Assembly: GCA_034521595.1 (NCBI GenBank)
Contig: JAXHMG010000002.1
Location: forward strand, 205,340 to 269,339
Direction of reading: 5' to 3'
DNA length: 64,000 nucleotides
DNA from: Gemmatimonadota bacterium
Lineage (GTDB): Bacteria; Gemmatimonadota; Gemmatimonadetes; Longimicrobiales; Gaopeijiaceae
Both the position numbers and the translations under genes were made by a program. The number at the start of each line of letters is the position of its first letter. The stretch's first letter is position 1. Shown piece by piece: positions 38,181-48,655 of the stretch. Below the pieces are notes generated by a model. It saw only the letters and a program-made list of their open reading frames with translations. It was not told where the DNA came from and did not search any database.

Positions 38181-39304
38181 GAGCGCAGCCTCGGGTCGAG
38201 CGCGTCGCGCAGACCGTCGCCCACCAGATTGAACGAGAGCACGGTGAAGACGATGGCGAGCCCCGGAAAGGTCGACAGCCACCACGCGTCGAGGAGGTTC
38301 CCGCGGCCGGCGTCCACCATGGTGCCCCAGGACGCCGTGGGCGGCTGGACGCCGAGCCCGAGGAACGACAGCCCCGCTTCGAGCACGATGGTGTTTCCGA
38401 TGCCCAGCGTGGCGGCCACGATGACGGGGGCGAGCGCGTTCGGGATCAGGTGCTTGAATATGATGCGGGGCTTCGAATACCCGAGCGCTTCGGTCGCCTG
38501 GATGAACTCCCGCTCCCGCAGGCTGAGCACTTCCCCCCGCACGATACGCGCGGTGCCCGGCCACTGGGTCAGGCCCAGGACGGCGGTGATCAGGAAGATC
38601 GACGGCTCGAAGAGCGCGATCACGGTGATCAGCAACACGAGCCGGGGAAAGGAGATCACCATGTCGACGAAGCGCATGATGACGGTATCGACCCAACCAC
38701 CGAGGAATCCGGCCACCGCCCCGAGCACCGTGCCGATCGTCACGCTGATCGTAACCGCGACGAACCCGATCAGGAGAGAGATGCGGGCGCCGTAGAGCAG
38801 ACGCGAGAGGACGTCGCGGGCGAACTGGTCCGTGCCCAACGGGTGCGTCGCCGAGAGCCCCACGTAGCGCTCGGTCACGAGGTCCCCCTGCAGGTTGGGA
38901 TCGAACGGCGCGACGAGCGGCGTCACGAGCGCGATCGCGTAGAGCCCCACGATCACGAGGAGGCCGGCGACGGCCGTTCGGTTCCTCGAGAACGCACGCA
39001 CGGCCAGGTCCCACTGGCTCACCGCCACCTCCCCGCGGCCCGCCACCCGACCCGCGTTCCGCCAGGACCAGACCCACGGCACCACCAGGGCCGCCAGCAC
39101 GGTCCCCACGGCCAGCCGCTCGTCCCACGCGCCCCCGAGCGCCCCGCGCACCCGCTCGGTCCGGGCGAAGAGCACCCAGATCGCCCCCGACCACGCGAGC
39201 AGGGCGCCCACGCCCGGGCCCCACCGGCCCGCGAGGAGCTGAGGCGACCCCGGGAGCACCACGGAGAGGGCACGCCCGACGAACCCACGCTGCCGGTCAG
39301 TCAT
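38177..39304 (-). CDS. Oligopeptide ABC permease (OppC-like) with an N-terminal TM extension
   Basis: HPLGTDQFARD and EAGLSFLGLG motifs. Confidence 0.92.
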   Translation of the reverse strand: MTDRQRGFVGRALSVVLPGSPQLLAGRWGPGVGALLAWSGAIWVLFARTERVRGALGGAWDERLAVGTVLAALVVPWVWSWRNAGRVAGRGEVAVSQWDLAVRAFSRNRTAVAGLLVIVGLYAIALVTPLVAPFDPNLQGDLVTERYVGLSATHPLGTDQFARDVLSRLLYGARISLLIGFVAVTISVTIGTVLGAVAGFLGGWVDTVIMRFVDMVISFPRLVLLITVIALFEPSIFLITAVLGLTQWPGTARIVRGEVLSLREREFIQATEALGYSKPRIIFKHLIPNALAPVIVAATLGIGNTIVLEAGLSFLGLGVQPPTASWGTMVDAGRGNLLDAWWLSTFPGLAIVFTVLSFNLVGDGLRDALDPRLRS

Positions 39305-40283
39305 AGCGGATGCGGGGGTCGACGACGGCGTAGAGGATATCCGCCACCAGATTCGCCAGCACCACCATGACGGCGAAGAAGAACGAAGCGGCCATCACCA
39401 GAGGATAGTCGCGCGTGCTGATCGCCTCGACGATGCCCCGGCCCATGCCCGGCCAGGCGAAGATCAGCTCGATGAACACCGTGCCGCTGAAGAGCACCGG
39501 GATGTAGAGGCCCACCAGCGTGATCACGGGGATGAGGGCGTTCCGGAGCGCGTGCTTGAAGACGACCGTCCGCTCGGGGAGCCCTTTGGCTCGAGCCGTG
39601 CGCACATAGTCCTGGCGGATCACCTCCAGCATGCTACCCCGCATGTAACGCGCGATCCCCGCCGTCAGCACCAGCGAGAGCGAGACGGTGGGCAGCACCA
39701 GGTGGCGCGCCCGGTCGACGAGTTGGTCCCACGCGCCCATGGACTCGTGGCCGGTGCTCGTCATGCCGGACGCGGGGAACCAGAGGGGCCATTCCCACAC
39801 GTTCCGGGCCATCAGGCTGAACGTCAGGATCAGCATGAGGGCGAGCCAGAAGGAGGGCATCGAGTAGAAGAAGAGGAGCACGACGCTCAGGCTCGAGTCG
39901 AGCCCGGAGTGTTGCCGGACCGCCTGGATGGTCCCGAGCACGATGCCGACGAGGAAGGCCACCGTCAGAGCGCACACCGAAAGGATGAGCGTGTTCGGGA
40001 GGAACGCCCAGAGGACTTCCGTCACCGGCCGGTTGTACGAGAAGGAGTACCCGAAGTCACCGGTGAGCATGCTGCCCAGCCAGCGCAGGTAACGGATGTG
40101 CACAGGCTGGTCGAGCCCGAAGTTTACGCGCATCTGCTCGATCACGTCGGCGCTCATGCCCGGCGCGAGCAGATAGAGCGTGGGGTCGCCCGGGGCCAGG
40201 TTCACCACGAAGAAGACGATCGTGGCGATCCCGAGCACGAGCGGAACCGCCCCGAGCAACCGGCGGACGATGTACCTCGTCAC
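39297..40283 (-). CDS. Oligopeptide ABC permease (OppB-like)
   Basis: APGDP, YVRTARAKGL, HALRNAL and RDYP motifs. Confidence 0.93.
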   Translation of the reverse strand: MTRYIVRRLLGAVPLVLGIATIVFFVVNLAPGDPTLYLLAPGMSADVIEQMRVNFGLDQPVHIRYLRWLGSMLTGDFGYSFSYNRPVTEVLWAFLPNTLILSVCALTVAFLVGIVLGTIQAVRQHSGLDSSLSVVLLFFYSMPSFWLALMLILTFSLMARNVWEWPLWFPASGMTSTGHESMGAWDQLVDRARHLVLPTVSLSLVLTAGIARYMRGSMLEVIRQDYVRTARAKGLPERTVVFKHALRNALIPVITLVGLYIPVLFSGTVFIELIFAWPGMGRGIVEAISTRDYPLVMAASFFFAVMVVLANLVADILYAVVDPRIRYD

Positions 40284-40337
40284 GGGTGCCGCCGGACTCC
40301 CGTCAGCGCCGGGAGCGTCCGGAACGCCCCCGCCACG

Positions 40338-42056
40338 TCACCGCGTCTCGGGGTCGATGTACCAGTCCCGGATGCTCACCCACTCGCCCCGCTGGTCCAT
40401 GACCACGTTCCGCACGCGACGGTTCACACCGTCCAAGCGGTCGGGAAAGTAGAAGAAGGTGTAGGGCTGCTCCTCGCCCAACACGCGCTGGTACTCGGCC
40501 CACAGCGGCAAGGCTTCCTCCCGGTCCACGGTAAGGGCGAGCGTGTCGAGGAGCCGGTCGATCTCGGAATTCTGCGTCCCGGACCAGGCGTACGGCTGGT
40601 CGATCCGTTCCGAGTGGAAGAGGTCGGTGTCGTCGAGCTTGAACTCGGTGACCCAGCCCATCACCACCCCGTCGAAGTCCCTGAGCTCCGGGGTGTTGAT
40701 CTGCTGCAGCAGCGTGCCCCATTCCACGACCTGGGGCCGGATCTCCACCCCGATCGAAGCGAGCTGGGCCTGCATGATCTCGGCGATGTCCTGCCGCTGC
40801 TGACTCCCCTGGTTGTACTTGACCGAGATGGAAAGCGGCACGCCGTCGGCGTTCTCCCGCACCCCGTCTCCGTCCCGGTCCGTCCACCCGGCTTCTTCGA
40901 GCAGCGCCCGGGCGCCTTCGGGATCGTAGTCGAACGCCACCGTCGCCTCGGGATCATAGGCCCAGTGGAACGGGGGAACGCTCGAGTTCGCGACCGTCCC
41001 GTAGCCCTGCTGGATCGCCTCGACGATCTCCTCCCGATTCGTGCCCATCGTGAGGGCCTGACGCACCCGCCGGTCGGAGAGCTGCGGCCGGCGCGCGTTC
41101 CACGCCACGAAGACGTAGTTGCGGAACGTGAAGCTCAGGAGCTCGAGGTGCTCCGCGTCGATCACGCGCTCCGCCTGGTCGGGTCGCACCGCGAAGTAGA
41201 TGTCGACGTTCTCCGTGAGCAGCTCCGTGAGCAGCGTCGTCTGCTCCGGGATGACGCGATGGATGTATCGGTCGAGGTACGGCCGGCCGCCCAGCTCGGA
41301 GGGGAACGCCGGGTTCGCCTCGAAAACCCAACGGTCCTGCTGCGTGTGCGACTCGAACACGAACGGCCCGTTGCCCACGGGGCACTGGGTGCCGTAGGGA
41401 TGCTGACGGAGCTCGGCGGGCGGCACGTCCCCGAGCAGGTGTTCGGGAAGGATGCCCAACGTCGTCCAGGCGTCGAGGAATTCCGCGTGGGGCTCCAGGT
41501 GAATGCGCACGGTGAAGTCGTCGAGCACCTCCACCCCGTCGGGCCCCTTCACGTAGTAGTCCCAGAACGCCGCGTTCGGAAACGCCGTCTCGGGGTTCGT
41601 GACCGTGCGGTACGTGAAGGCGACGTCGTGCGCGTCGGTCCGCTCACCGTCGTGCCAGAAGACGTCGTCGCGGATGTGGAAGGTGAGCTCCGTTCCGTCG
41701 TCGGACACCTCCCACGACTCGGCCAGGTACGGCCGGGGCTCGATGTCCTCGTCGTACTGGATGAGGGGCATCAGGTTCACGAACTCCTGATGCTGGCGAG
41801 TCTCGTAAGACGACGAGACCGCCGAGTTCATGCCGTCCGGGAGCTCCCCGATGCTCGCGGTCACGACCGTGCCCCCGTACCGAGGATCGTCCGGGACCGG
41901 GTTGGCCTCGCGCTCCTCGGCCACCCACGCCTCGACCCGTGGGACCACCTCCTGGCAGAACGGGTCGGAAGACGCCGAGCGCGCGGCCGTCTCGTCACCG
42001 TCGCCTCCGCATGCCGCGACCGTCCCGACCAGACCCACAACCAGCAGCTTCTTCAT
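40338..42056 (-). CDS. Oligopeptide ABC substrate-binding lipoprotein (OppA/AppA-like)
   Basis: MKKLLVVGLVGTVAA-C lipobox, LAESWEVS, WHDG and PVGNGPF motifs. Confidence 0.92.
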   Translation of the reverse strand: MKKLLVVGLVGTVAACGGDGDETAARSASSDPFCQEVVPRVEAWVAEEREANPVPDDPRYGGTVVTASIGELPDGMNSAVSSSYETRQHQEFVNLMPLIQYDEDIEPRPYLAESWEVSDDGTELTFHIRDDVFWHDGERTDAHDVAFTYRTVTNPETAFPNAAFWDYYVKGPDGVEVLDDFTVRIHLEPHAEFLDAWTTLGILPEHLLGDVPPAELRQHPYGTQCPVGNGPFVFESHTQQDRWVFEANPAFPSELGGRPYLDRYIHRVIPEQTTLLTELLTENVDIYFAVRPDQAERVIDAEHLELLSFTFRNYVFVAWNARRPQLSDRRVRQALTMGTNREEIVEAIQQGYGTVANSSVPPFHWAYDPEATVAFDYDPEGARALLEEAGWTDRDGDGVRENADGVPLSISVKYNQGSQQRQDIAEIMQAQLASIGVEIRPQVVEWGTLLQQINTPELRDFDGVVMGWVTEFKLDDTDLFHSERIDQPYAWSGTQNSEIDRLLDTLALTVDREEALPLWAEYQRVLGEEQPYTFFYFPDRLDGVNRRVRNVVMDQRGEWVSIRDWYIDPETR

Positions 42057-42093
42057 GACGCGTCCCCGTGCTTCGTTGGAAAGGAGCCGCTCT

Positions 42094-42834
42094 CTACCGC
42101 CTCCACGTCCACTCGTCGTTGCCGTACCGCTCGGCCTCCAGCCGATCCGCCATGGCGAGGAGCGCTTCGTCGTACGCGCTCGGGCGCCAGGACGTCCCGT
42201 CGAGCCGCCGCTGGAAGCCCCGTACGACCGCGTCCCGGACGTCTTCGATCGTGACATCCTCCACGAGCGCGCGGAGCGGGCGAGCCGTCGACGCGGAGCC
42301 GAGCGTCGACTGATCGTCTTCGATCAAGATCGACCCGTGCTGCAGCAAAGCTCCACCCATCCGGGCCTGGGCGCTACCCACCAACTTGCCGCCCCCGGCC
42401 ACGACCTCGCCCTCCGCGGGCACGTCGAAGCAGGGTCCGGCATCCGGACGCAACGTCTTGCCGTCGGGTGCCAGCGTGACCTCCGCACCGAGGAGGCGCA
42501 AGCCCTCGACCAGCGCCTCGCTCACGGCACGATACAGCGCGCGAGGCCCGCCGAGCGCCCGCGCGGGAACCGCCACCGCGTAGGTGAGCTCGCTCCGGTG
42601 GAGCACCGCGCGTCCCCCGGTCGGCCGACGCACGACCGCCCCTCCCCTCCCCCGTGCCGGCTCGTTCCGGCCCAGGGACACGGTCGGCTCGGACCATTCG
42701 TAGAGCCGGAGCGCCGCCGTTCCGTCCGTGATGCTGCGGGCCAGAGCATGGTCGATCGCCATGTTACGCGCGCCGGACATCGGCGGGTCGTGGTACACGT
42801 GCCACACGGTCACGGCGCGTCCGTACTCCCGCAC
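42094..42834 (-). CDS. Lipoate-protein ligase/octanoyltransferase (LipM/LplA-like)
   Basis: NMAID, RRPTGGRAVLH, KLVGSAQ and LQHGS motifs. Adjacent to gcvP and gcvH. Confidence 0.88.
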   Translation of the reverse strand: MREYGRAVTVWHVYHDPPMSGARNMAIDHALARSITDGTAALRLYEWSEPTVSLGRNEPARGRGGAVVRRPTGGRAVLHRSELTYAVAVPARALGGPRALYRAVSEALVEGLRLLGAEVTLAPDGKTLRPDAGPCFDVPAEGEVVAGGGKLVGSAQARMGGALLQHGSILIEDDQSTLGSASTARPLRALVEDVTIEDVRDAVVRGFQRRLDGTSWRPSAYDEALLAMADRLEAERYGNDEWTWRR

Positions 42835-42840
42835 GTCATG

Positions 42841-45712
42841 CTATTCGACGCCGGCGTACGACTCCACGGGTGGACAGGCGCACATGAGGTTCCGGTCGCC
42901 GTAGGCGTTGTCCACCCGCCGCACGGCCGGCCAGAACTTGTGCACGCGCGTCCACGGCGCCGGATACACCGCCTGCTCGCGCGTATACGGCTTCTTCCAC
43001 TCGGCGGACACCACCATCTCGACGGTGTGCGGCGCGTTGCGGAGCACGTTGTCCTCCTTGTCGGCCACGCCCAGCTCGATCTGCTCGATCTCGCCACGGA
43101 TCGAGATGAGCGCGTCGCAGAAGCGGTCGAGCTCTTCCTTGGACTCGGACTCGGTCGGCTCGATCATGAGCGTTCCGGCGACCGGGAACGAGACCGTCGG
43201 CGCGTGGAAGCCGTAGTCGATCAGACGCTTGGCCACGTCCTCTTCCGTGACCCCCGTCGCCTTCCGCAGCGGCCGGAGATCGACGATGAACTCGTGCGCG
43301 ACCAGCCCCTTCTCTCCACGATACAGCACGTCGTAGTGGGGCTCCAGGCGCTTCGCCATGTAGTTCGCGCTCAAAATGGCGATCTCGGAGGCGCGGCGCG
43401 CCCCGTCCGGCCCGAGAAGGGCGATGTAGGCCCACGAGATGGGCAGGATGCTCGCGCTCCCCCAGGGAGCGGCGGCAACGGCCCCGATGGCACGCTCGCC
43501 CCCGACCGTGTGGACCGGATGACCCGGAAGGTAGGGCGCCAGCTTCTCGTTCACGCAGATCGGGCCCATGCCCGGCCCGCCCCCACCATGCGGGATCGCG
43601 AACGTCTTGTGCAGGTTGATGTGGCACACGTCCGCCCCGTAGTCTCCCGGGCGGCAAAGGCCCACCTGGGCGTTGAGGTTCGCGCCGTCGAGGTAGACGA
43701 GCCCGCCGTGACCGTGCACGACCTCGCACACCTCCCGGATGTGCTCCTCGAAGACACCGTGCGTCGAGGGGTAGGTGATCATGATCGCGGCCAGGACGTC
43801 GGCGTGCTCTTCCGCCTTGGCGCGCAGATCCGCCAGGTCGATGGTGCCGTCCTCGCCGCTCTTCACGACCACGACCTTCATGCCGGCCATGACCGCGCTC
43901 GCCGGGTTCGTCCCGTGCGCGGACGCCGGGATCAGGCACACCTTCCGGTGCGGTTCGCCGTGGTCACGGTGGTGCGCCCGGATCGTGAGCAGGCCGGTGT
44001 ACTCGCCCTGCGCCCCCGAGTTGGGCTGCAGCGACGTCGCGGCGAACCCGGTGATCTCGGCGAGCTGGCCCTCGAGGCGCTCGAAGAGCTCCAGGTAGCC
44101 GCCCACCTGCTCGACCGGCGCGAACGGATGCTGCTCCGCGAACTCGGGCCAGGTCACGCTCGCCATCTGCGTCGTGGCATTCAGCTTCATGGTGCAGGAG
44201 CCGAGCGGGATCATGCTCGTGTTCAGCGAGAGGTCCCGCGACTCGAGACGGTGCAGGTACCGGAGCATGTCCGTCTCGGAGTGGTACTTGTTGAAGACCT
44301 CGTGCTCCAGGTACGGCGACGTGCGCTCCGCCCAATCGGGAAGCGGGGGCGCTCCCCTCCTCGGCCAGCGACCGCGCGGTGAACTCCGGGGCCTCGCCTC
44401 CGTTGAACACGGCGAAGAGGTCGTCGAGGTCCTCCGCCTTCGTCACCTCGTCGACGGCGATCCCGAGCGTCCCGTCCCGGAAGTCGCGCAGGTTGATGCC
44501 GCGCTCGAGGGCCCGCGTGAGCACCGCGCCCGCGTCGTCGTCGGGCCGCACCCGGATCGTGTCGAAGTAGCTGTCGGTGAGCAGCTCGTGGCCGAGCAGG
44601 CCGAGCCCGGCGGACAGCACGCCCGCCTGGTCCCGCACCCGCTCCGCGATCCGGCGAATGCCTTCCGGTCCGTGATAGACCGCGTACGCTCCGGCCATGA
44701 TGGCGAGCAACACCTGGGCGGTGCAGATGTTGGAGGTGGCCCGCTCGCGCCGGATGTGCTGCTCGCGCGTCTGGAGCGCCATGCGGAGGGCGGGCTCTCC
44801 GTCGGCATCCACCGAGACGCCGATGATCCGTCCCGGCATCTTGCGCTTGAAGCTTTCCCGTGCGGCCATGAAGGCGGCGTGCGGACCGCCGAAGCCCATC
44901 GGGACCCCGAACCGCTGGCTGTTCCCGACGACGATGTCGGCGCCCCAATCTCCGGGAGGCTCGATGAGCGCGAGCGCGAGCAGGTCCGTGGCCGCGATCA
45001 CCGACACGTCCGCGTCGTGCGCACGCTCGGCGAAGTCCCGGTAGTCGAGCACCCGCCCGTCGGTCGCGGGATACTGCACGAGCGCCCCGAACACCTGGTC
45101 GCCGAATGCCTGCTCCCGGTGGTCGCCCACCACGACTTCGATGCCGAGCGGCTCCGCGCGCGTGCGCACGACCTCGATGGTCTGCGGGTGACAGAGCTCC
45201 GAGACGAAGAAGACGTGTCCCTTGTGCTTCGCTTCGTTATGCGCCAGATGCATGGCTTCCGCGGCGGCCGTCGCCTCGTCCAGCAGGGAGGCGTTGGCGA
45301 TCTGCATGCCGGTCAGATCCATGACCATGGTCTGGAAGTTGAGGAGCGCTTCCAGCCGGCCCTGCGCGATCTCGGCCTGATACGGGGTATACTGGGTGTA
45401 CCAGCCCGGGTTCTCCAGAATATTGCGCTGGATGACCGCCGGCACGTGCGTGTCGGCGTATCCCATCCCGAGAAACGAGCGGAAGACCTTGTTCTTGGAC
45501 GCGATCCGGCGGAGCTCCCGCAGGAGCTCCGCCTCGGGAAGAGCCGACTCCAGATCGAGCGGCTCGTCGCGGCGAATCGAAGCCGGAACGGTGTCCGCGA
45601 TGATGTCCGCGAGAGACGTGTAACCGAGCGTGTCGAGCATCGACGAGACGGCTGTCTCGTCCGGGCCCAGATGGCGACCCGCGAAGTCGGCGGGCGCATC
45701 GATGCGAGTCAT
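42841..45712 (-). CDS. gcvP: Glycine dehydrogenase (single-chain P protein) with an apparent frameshift near 44345-44349
   Basis: The N-terminal half has [14 protein letters not shown] and TSNICTAQ. The C-terminal half has [12 protein letters not shown] and NLHKTF in a different frame. Removing one base of the 5-nt G run restores one ORF. Confidence 0.93.
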
Positions 45713-45759
45713 GTCCGATCCCCTATAGGGTAATGTCAGGTGGATGAGGGGAGCGGGGT

Positions 45760-46146
45760 TCAGTCGATATGATCCGCGTACGCATCGGCGTTCAGGAGGC
45801 CCTCCAACTCGGCCGGCTTGGCGACCTTGAGGCGGACCATCCACCCGTCTCCGTACGGATCGGAGTTCACGAGCGAGGGATCGTCCTCGAGGGCTTCGTT
45901 GACCCCCACGATCTCACCCGTGACCGGGCTGTAGAGATCACTCACGGCCTTCACCGCCTCGATCGTGCCGAAGACGTCCATCTGGTCGAAGGACGAGCCC
46001 TGGTTCGGGAGCTCCACGAACACGATATCGCCGAGCTCTCCCTGCGCATAGTCGGTGATCCCGACCGTGTATACCCCCTCCTCGTCCGTCGGCTTGAGGT
46101 ACTCGTGCTGTTCGGAGTAAAGGAGGTCGATCGGGATATCGGACAT
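45760..46146 (-). CDS. gcvH: Glycine cleavage system H protein
   Basis: GITDYAQGELGDIVFVELP, EAVKA lipoyl-lysine motif and DPYGDGW. Confidence 0.96.
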   Translation of the reverse strand: MSDIPIDLLYSEQHEYLKPTDEEGVYTVGITDYAQGELGDIVFVELPNQGSSFDQMDVFGTIEAVKAVSDLYSPVTGEIVGVNEALEDDPSLVNSDPYGDGWMVRLKVAKPAELEGLLNADAYADHID

Positions 46147-46351
46147 CGGCTGTGTCTCCAACGTATTGATCTGCTTGATCTGCGCTCGGGGGTGGCCCTG
46201 ACGATGATGGCGCCGCACAAGAAGGTCAAGGCACGTGCGTCCCGACATGGCGGGACTGGAACAACGGAGCGTCCGCGACCATCTTCGGAGGAGTGTGGCA
46301 CCTCGAGCCGCACTCCATTCCAAGCTTCCCGATCAAGCACCAAGAGATGCC

Positions 46352-47518
46352 ATGTCCACGCTACTGACCGACGCCCGACCCGCGCTAACGACCCTCTCCG
46401 AAGACGAGAGCCTGTTCCAGGAAGCCGTGCGGGACTTCGCCCGGTCGGAGATCGCTCCCAAAGTCATGGAGATGGACGAGGCGCAGCAGATGGACCGCGG
46501 GATCATCGACCAGCTCTTCGAGCTCGGCCTCATGAGCATCGAGATTCCCGAAGCGCACGGGGGCACCGGAGCGGACTTCTTCACCTCGGTGCTCGTGGTC
46601 GAGGAGCTCTCGAGGGTCGACCCGTCGATCGGGGTGCTCGTCGACGTGCAGAACACCCTCGTCATCAACGCCTTCCTGCGCTGGGGCAGCGAGGAGCTGA
46701 AGGCGCGCTACTTCCCCCGTCTCGCGAGCGACACCGTCGGTGCCTACGCCCTCTCCGAAGCCGGGAGCGGGTCGGATGCGTTCGCCCTGTCGTGCCGGGC
46801 CCACCAGGACGGCGACGACTGGATCCTCAACGGCCAGAAGCTCTGGATCACGAACGGCAACGAGGCCGGCATCTACATCGTGTTCGCCACGGTCGATCCG
46901 GACGCCGGATACCGGGGCATCACCGCCTTCATCGTCGAGCGCGACTTCGACGGCTTCAGCGTGGGCAAGAAGGAGGACAAGCTCGGCATCCGGGCCTCCT
47001 CCACCACGGAGCTCGTCCTCGAGGACGTGCGGGTCCCCTCCGAGAACGTGCTCGGCGAGGTCGGCAAGGGATACAAGGTGGCCATCGAGACGCTCAACGA
47101 GGGCCGGATCGGCATCGGGGCGCAGGTCGTGGGGCTCGCGCAGGGCGCGATCGACCATACGACCCGCTACGTGCAGGAGCGTGAACAGTTCGGCCGCGCC
47201 ATCGGCTCCTTCCAGGGCGTGCAGTTCCAGCTCGCCGAGATGGCCACGGAGACCGAGGCCGCACGCCTCCTCGTGTACAACGCCGCCCGCCTCAAGGACG
47301 CCGGCGAGCCGTTCCTCCAGCAAGCCGCCATGGCGAAGCTCTTCGCGAGCGAAGCGGCACAGAGGATTGCCTCCACGTGTATCGATCTACACGGCGGCTA
47401 CGGCTTCACCAAGGAGTACCCGGTCGAAAAGCTGTACCGCGACGCGAAGATCGGCACGATCTACGAGGGGACGTCGAACATGCAGAAGCAGACCATCGCA
47501 AAGGCTTTGATGAAATGA
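46352..47518 (+). CDS. Acyl-CoA dehydrogenase (short/branched-chain type)
   Basis: [24 protein letters not shown] and IYEGTSNMQ motifs. Confidence 0.93.
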   Translation: MSTLLTDARPALTTLSEDESLFQEAVRDFARSEIAPKVMEMDEAQQMDRGIIDQLFELGLMSIEIPEAHGGTGADFFTSVLVVEELSRVDPSIGVLVDVQNTLVINAFLRWGSEELKARYFPRLASDTVGAYALSEAGSGSDAFALSCRAHQDGDDWILNGQKLWITNGNEAGIYIVFATVDPDAGYRGITAFIVERDFDGFSVGKKEDKLGIRASSTTELVLEDVRVPSENVLGEVGKGYKVAIETLNEGRIGIGAQVVGLAQGAIDHTTRYVQEREQFGRAIGSFQGVQFQLAEMATETEAARLLVYNAARLKDAGEPFLQQAAMAKLFASEAAQRIASTCIDLHGGYGFTKEYPVEKLYRDAKIGTIYEGTSNMQKQTIAKALMK

Positions 47519-47733
47519 GCCAACCGGAGCCCACGCTCGCGCTCGTCACCTTCGGCGTCATGGAGATGGTGCTGCTCTTCGGCATCCTCGTGATGCTGTT
47601 CGGCGCCAAGAAGCTGCCCGGCCTCGCGCGCGGGATCGGAAGCGGCATCCGCAACTTCAAGGGCGAGCTCGAGGCTCCGAAGTCGGAGGAAGACGAGACG
47701 TCCGAGGCGGACTCCGAAGCCGACAAGACCTGA
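47515..47733 (+). CDS. tatA: Twin-arginine translocase subunit TatA/E
   Basis: TM helix followed by [22 protein letters not shown]. Confidence 0.9.
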   Translation: MSQPEPTLALVTFGVMEMVLLFGILVMLFGAKKLPGLARGIGSGIRNFKGELEAPKSEEDETSEADSEADKT

Positions 47734-47745
47734 GGGTGCGGTAGC

Positions 47746-48531
47746 TTGAGCCCGTCGCTCGACCGCGTGGTGGTCGTCCTCGACCATCCCAAGGACGTGG
47801 TCAACATCGCCGGCACGCTCCGGGTGATGATGAATTTCGGGCTCTCGAAGCTTCGCCTGGTTCGCCCCGACGACTTCGACGCCTACCGCATCGAGGGGAT
47901 CGCGCACCGGAGCGGCCCGCTCATCGAAGCCACCACGCTCCACGACAGCCTCGCCGACGCCCTCGCGGACACCAGCTACGTCGTGGGGACTACCGCCCGC
48001 GCACGCACCGCGGGCCGCTCGTACACAGAGCCCCGGCGTGTCGCACCCGAGATCGCGCGGCACACCGAAGAGGGGCTCGTCGCCATCGTGCTCGGCCGGG
48101 AAGACCGCGGGCTCACCAACGCGGAGCTCGACAAGTGCCATCAGGTGGCCATCATCCCGACCCACCCCGAGTACTCGAGCCTCAATCTCGCCCAGGCGTG
48201 CCTCGTGCTCGCCTACGAGACGTTCCTCGCGGTCGAGGGCGGCCGCGAAGAGCTCCCCAAGGGACGGCGGGCCACCCGCCTCCCGACCCATGCCGAGCTC
48301 GAGCAGACCTTCGACGCGCTCGCCGACGGGCTCGCCCGCATCGACTTCTACAAGGCCCGAAGGCCGGAGGCCGTCCTGCGCACGCTCCGTACGCTCATCA
48401 CGCGCGCCGAGCCGGACTTGCGGGAAGCCCGCCTGCTCGCCGGCATCGGCTTCGAGATCGGGAACTACATCGACCGGGCCACCGTCCCGAAGCCCCCGGC
48501 GGACCGGGCCGAGGACCCCGCCCACCAGTGA
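47746..48531 (+). CDS. SpoU/TrmH-family RNA methyltransferase (TrmJ/LasT-like)
   Basis: GTTAR, LGREDRGLTN and SSLNLAQA motifs. Confidence 0.88.
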   Translation: MSPSLDRVVVVLDHPKDVVNIAGTLRVMMNFGLSKLRLVRPDDFDAYRIEGIAHRSGPLIEATTLHDSLADALADTSYVVGTTARARTAGRSYTEPRRVAPEIARHTEEGLVAIVLGREDRGLTNAELDKCHQVAIIPTHPEYSSLNLAQACLVLAYETFLAVEGGREELPKGRRATRLPTHAELEQTFDALADGLARIDFYKARRPEAVLRTLRTLITRAEPDLREARLLAGIGFEIGNYIDRATVPKPPADRAEDPAHQ

Positions 48532-48655
48532 GCGGGCCCGAGTCAGTGAGCGGGCGTGCGCGGTTGTACTCGCCGGCCGGGAAGCCCTATGTTCCTTTCT
48601 TGATCCACTCCCTGACGGGACGCCACTCACCCTCCCCGAAGGCGCCGTGACGAGC

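Noticed and set aside
42841-44268. A genuine separate gcvPB gene starting at 44268
   Set aside because: Conserved single-chain GcvP sequence ([19 protein letters not shown]) continues upstream of that Met with no alternative start, and the upstream ORF runs on as junk to 43964. A frameshift explains this better.
46147-46351. Possible glycine riboswitch upstream of gcvH
   Set aside because: No tandem aptamer signature was found. It reads as a divergent promoter region.
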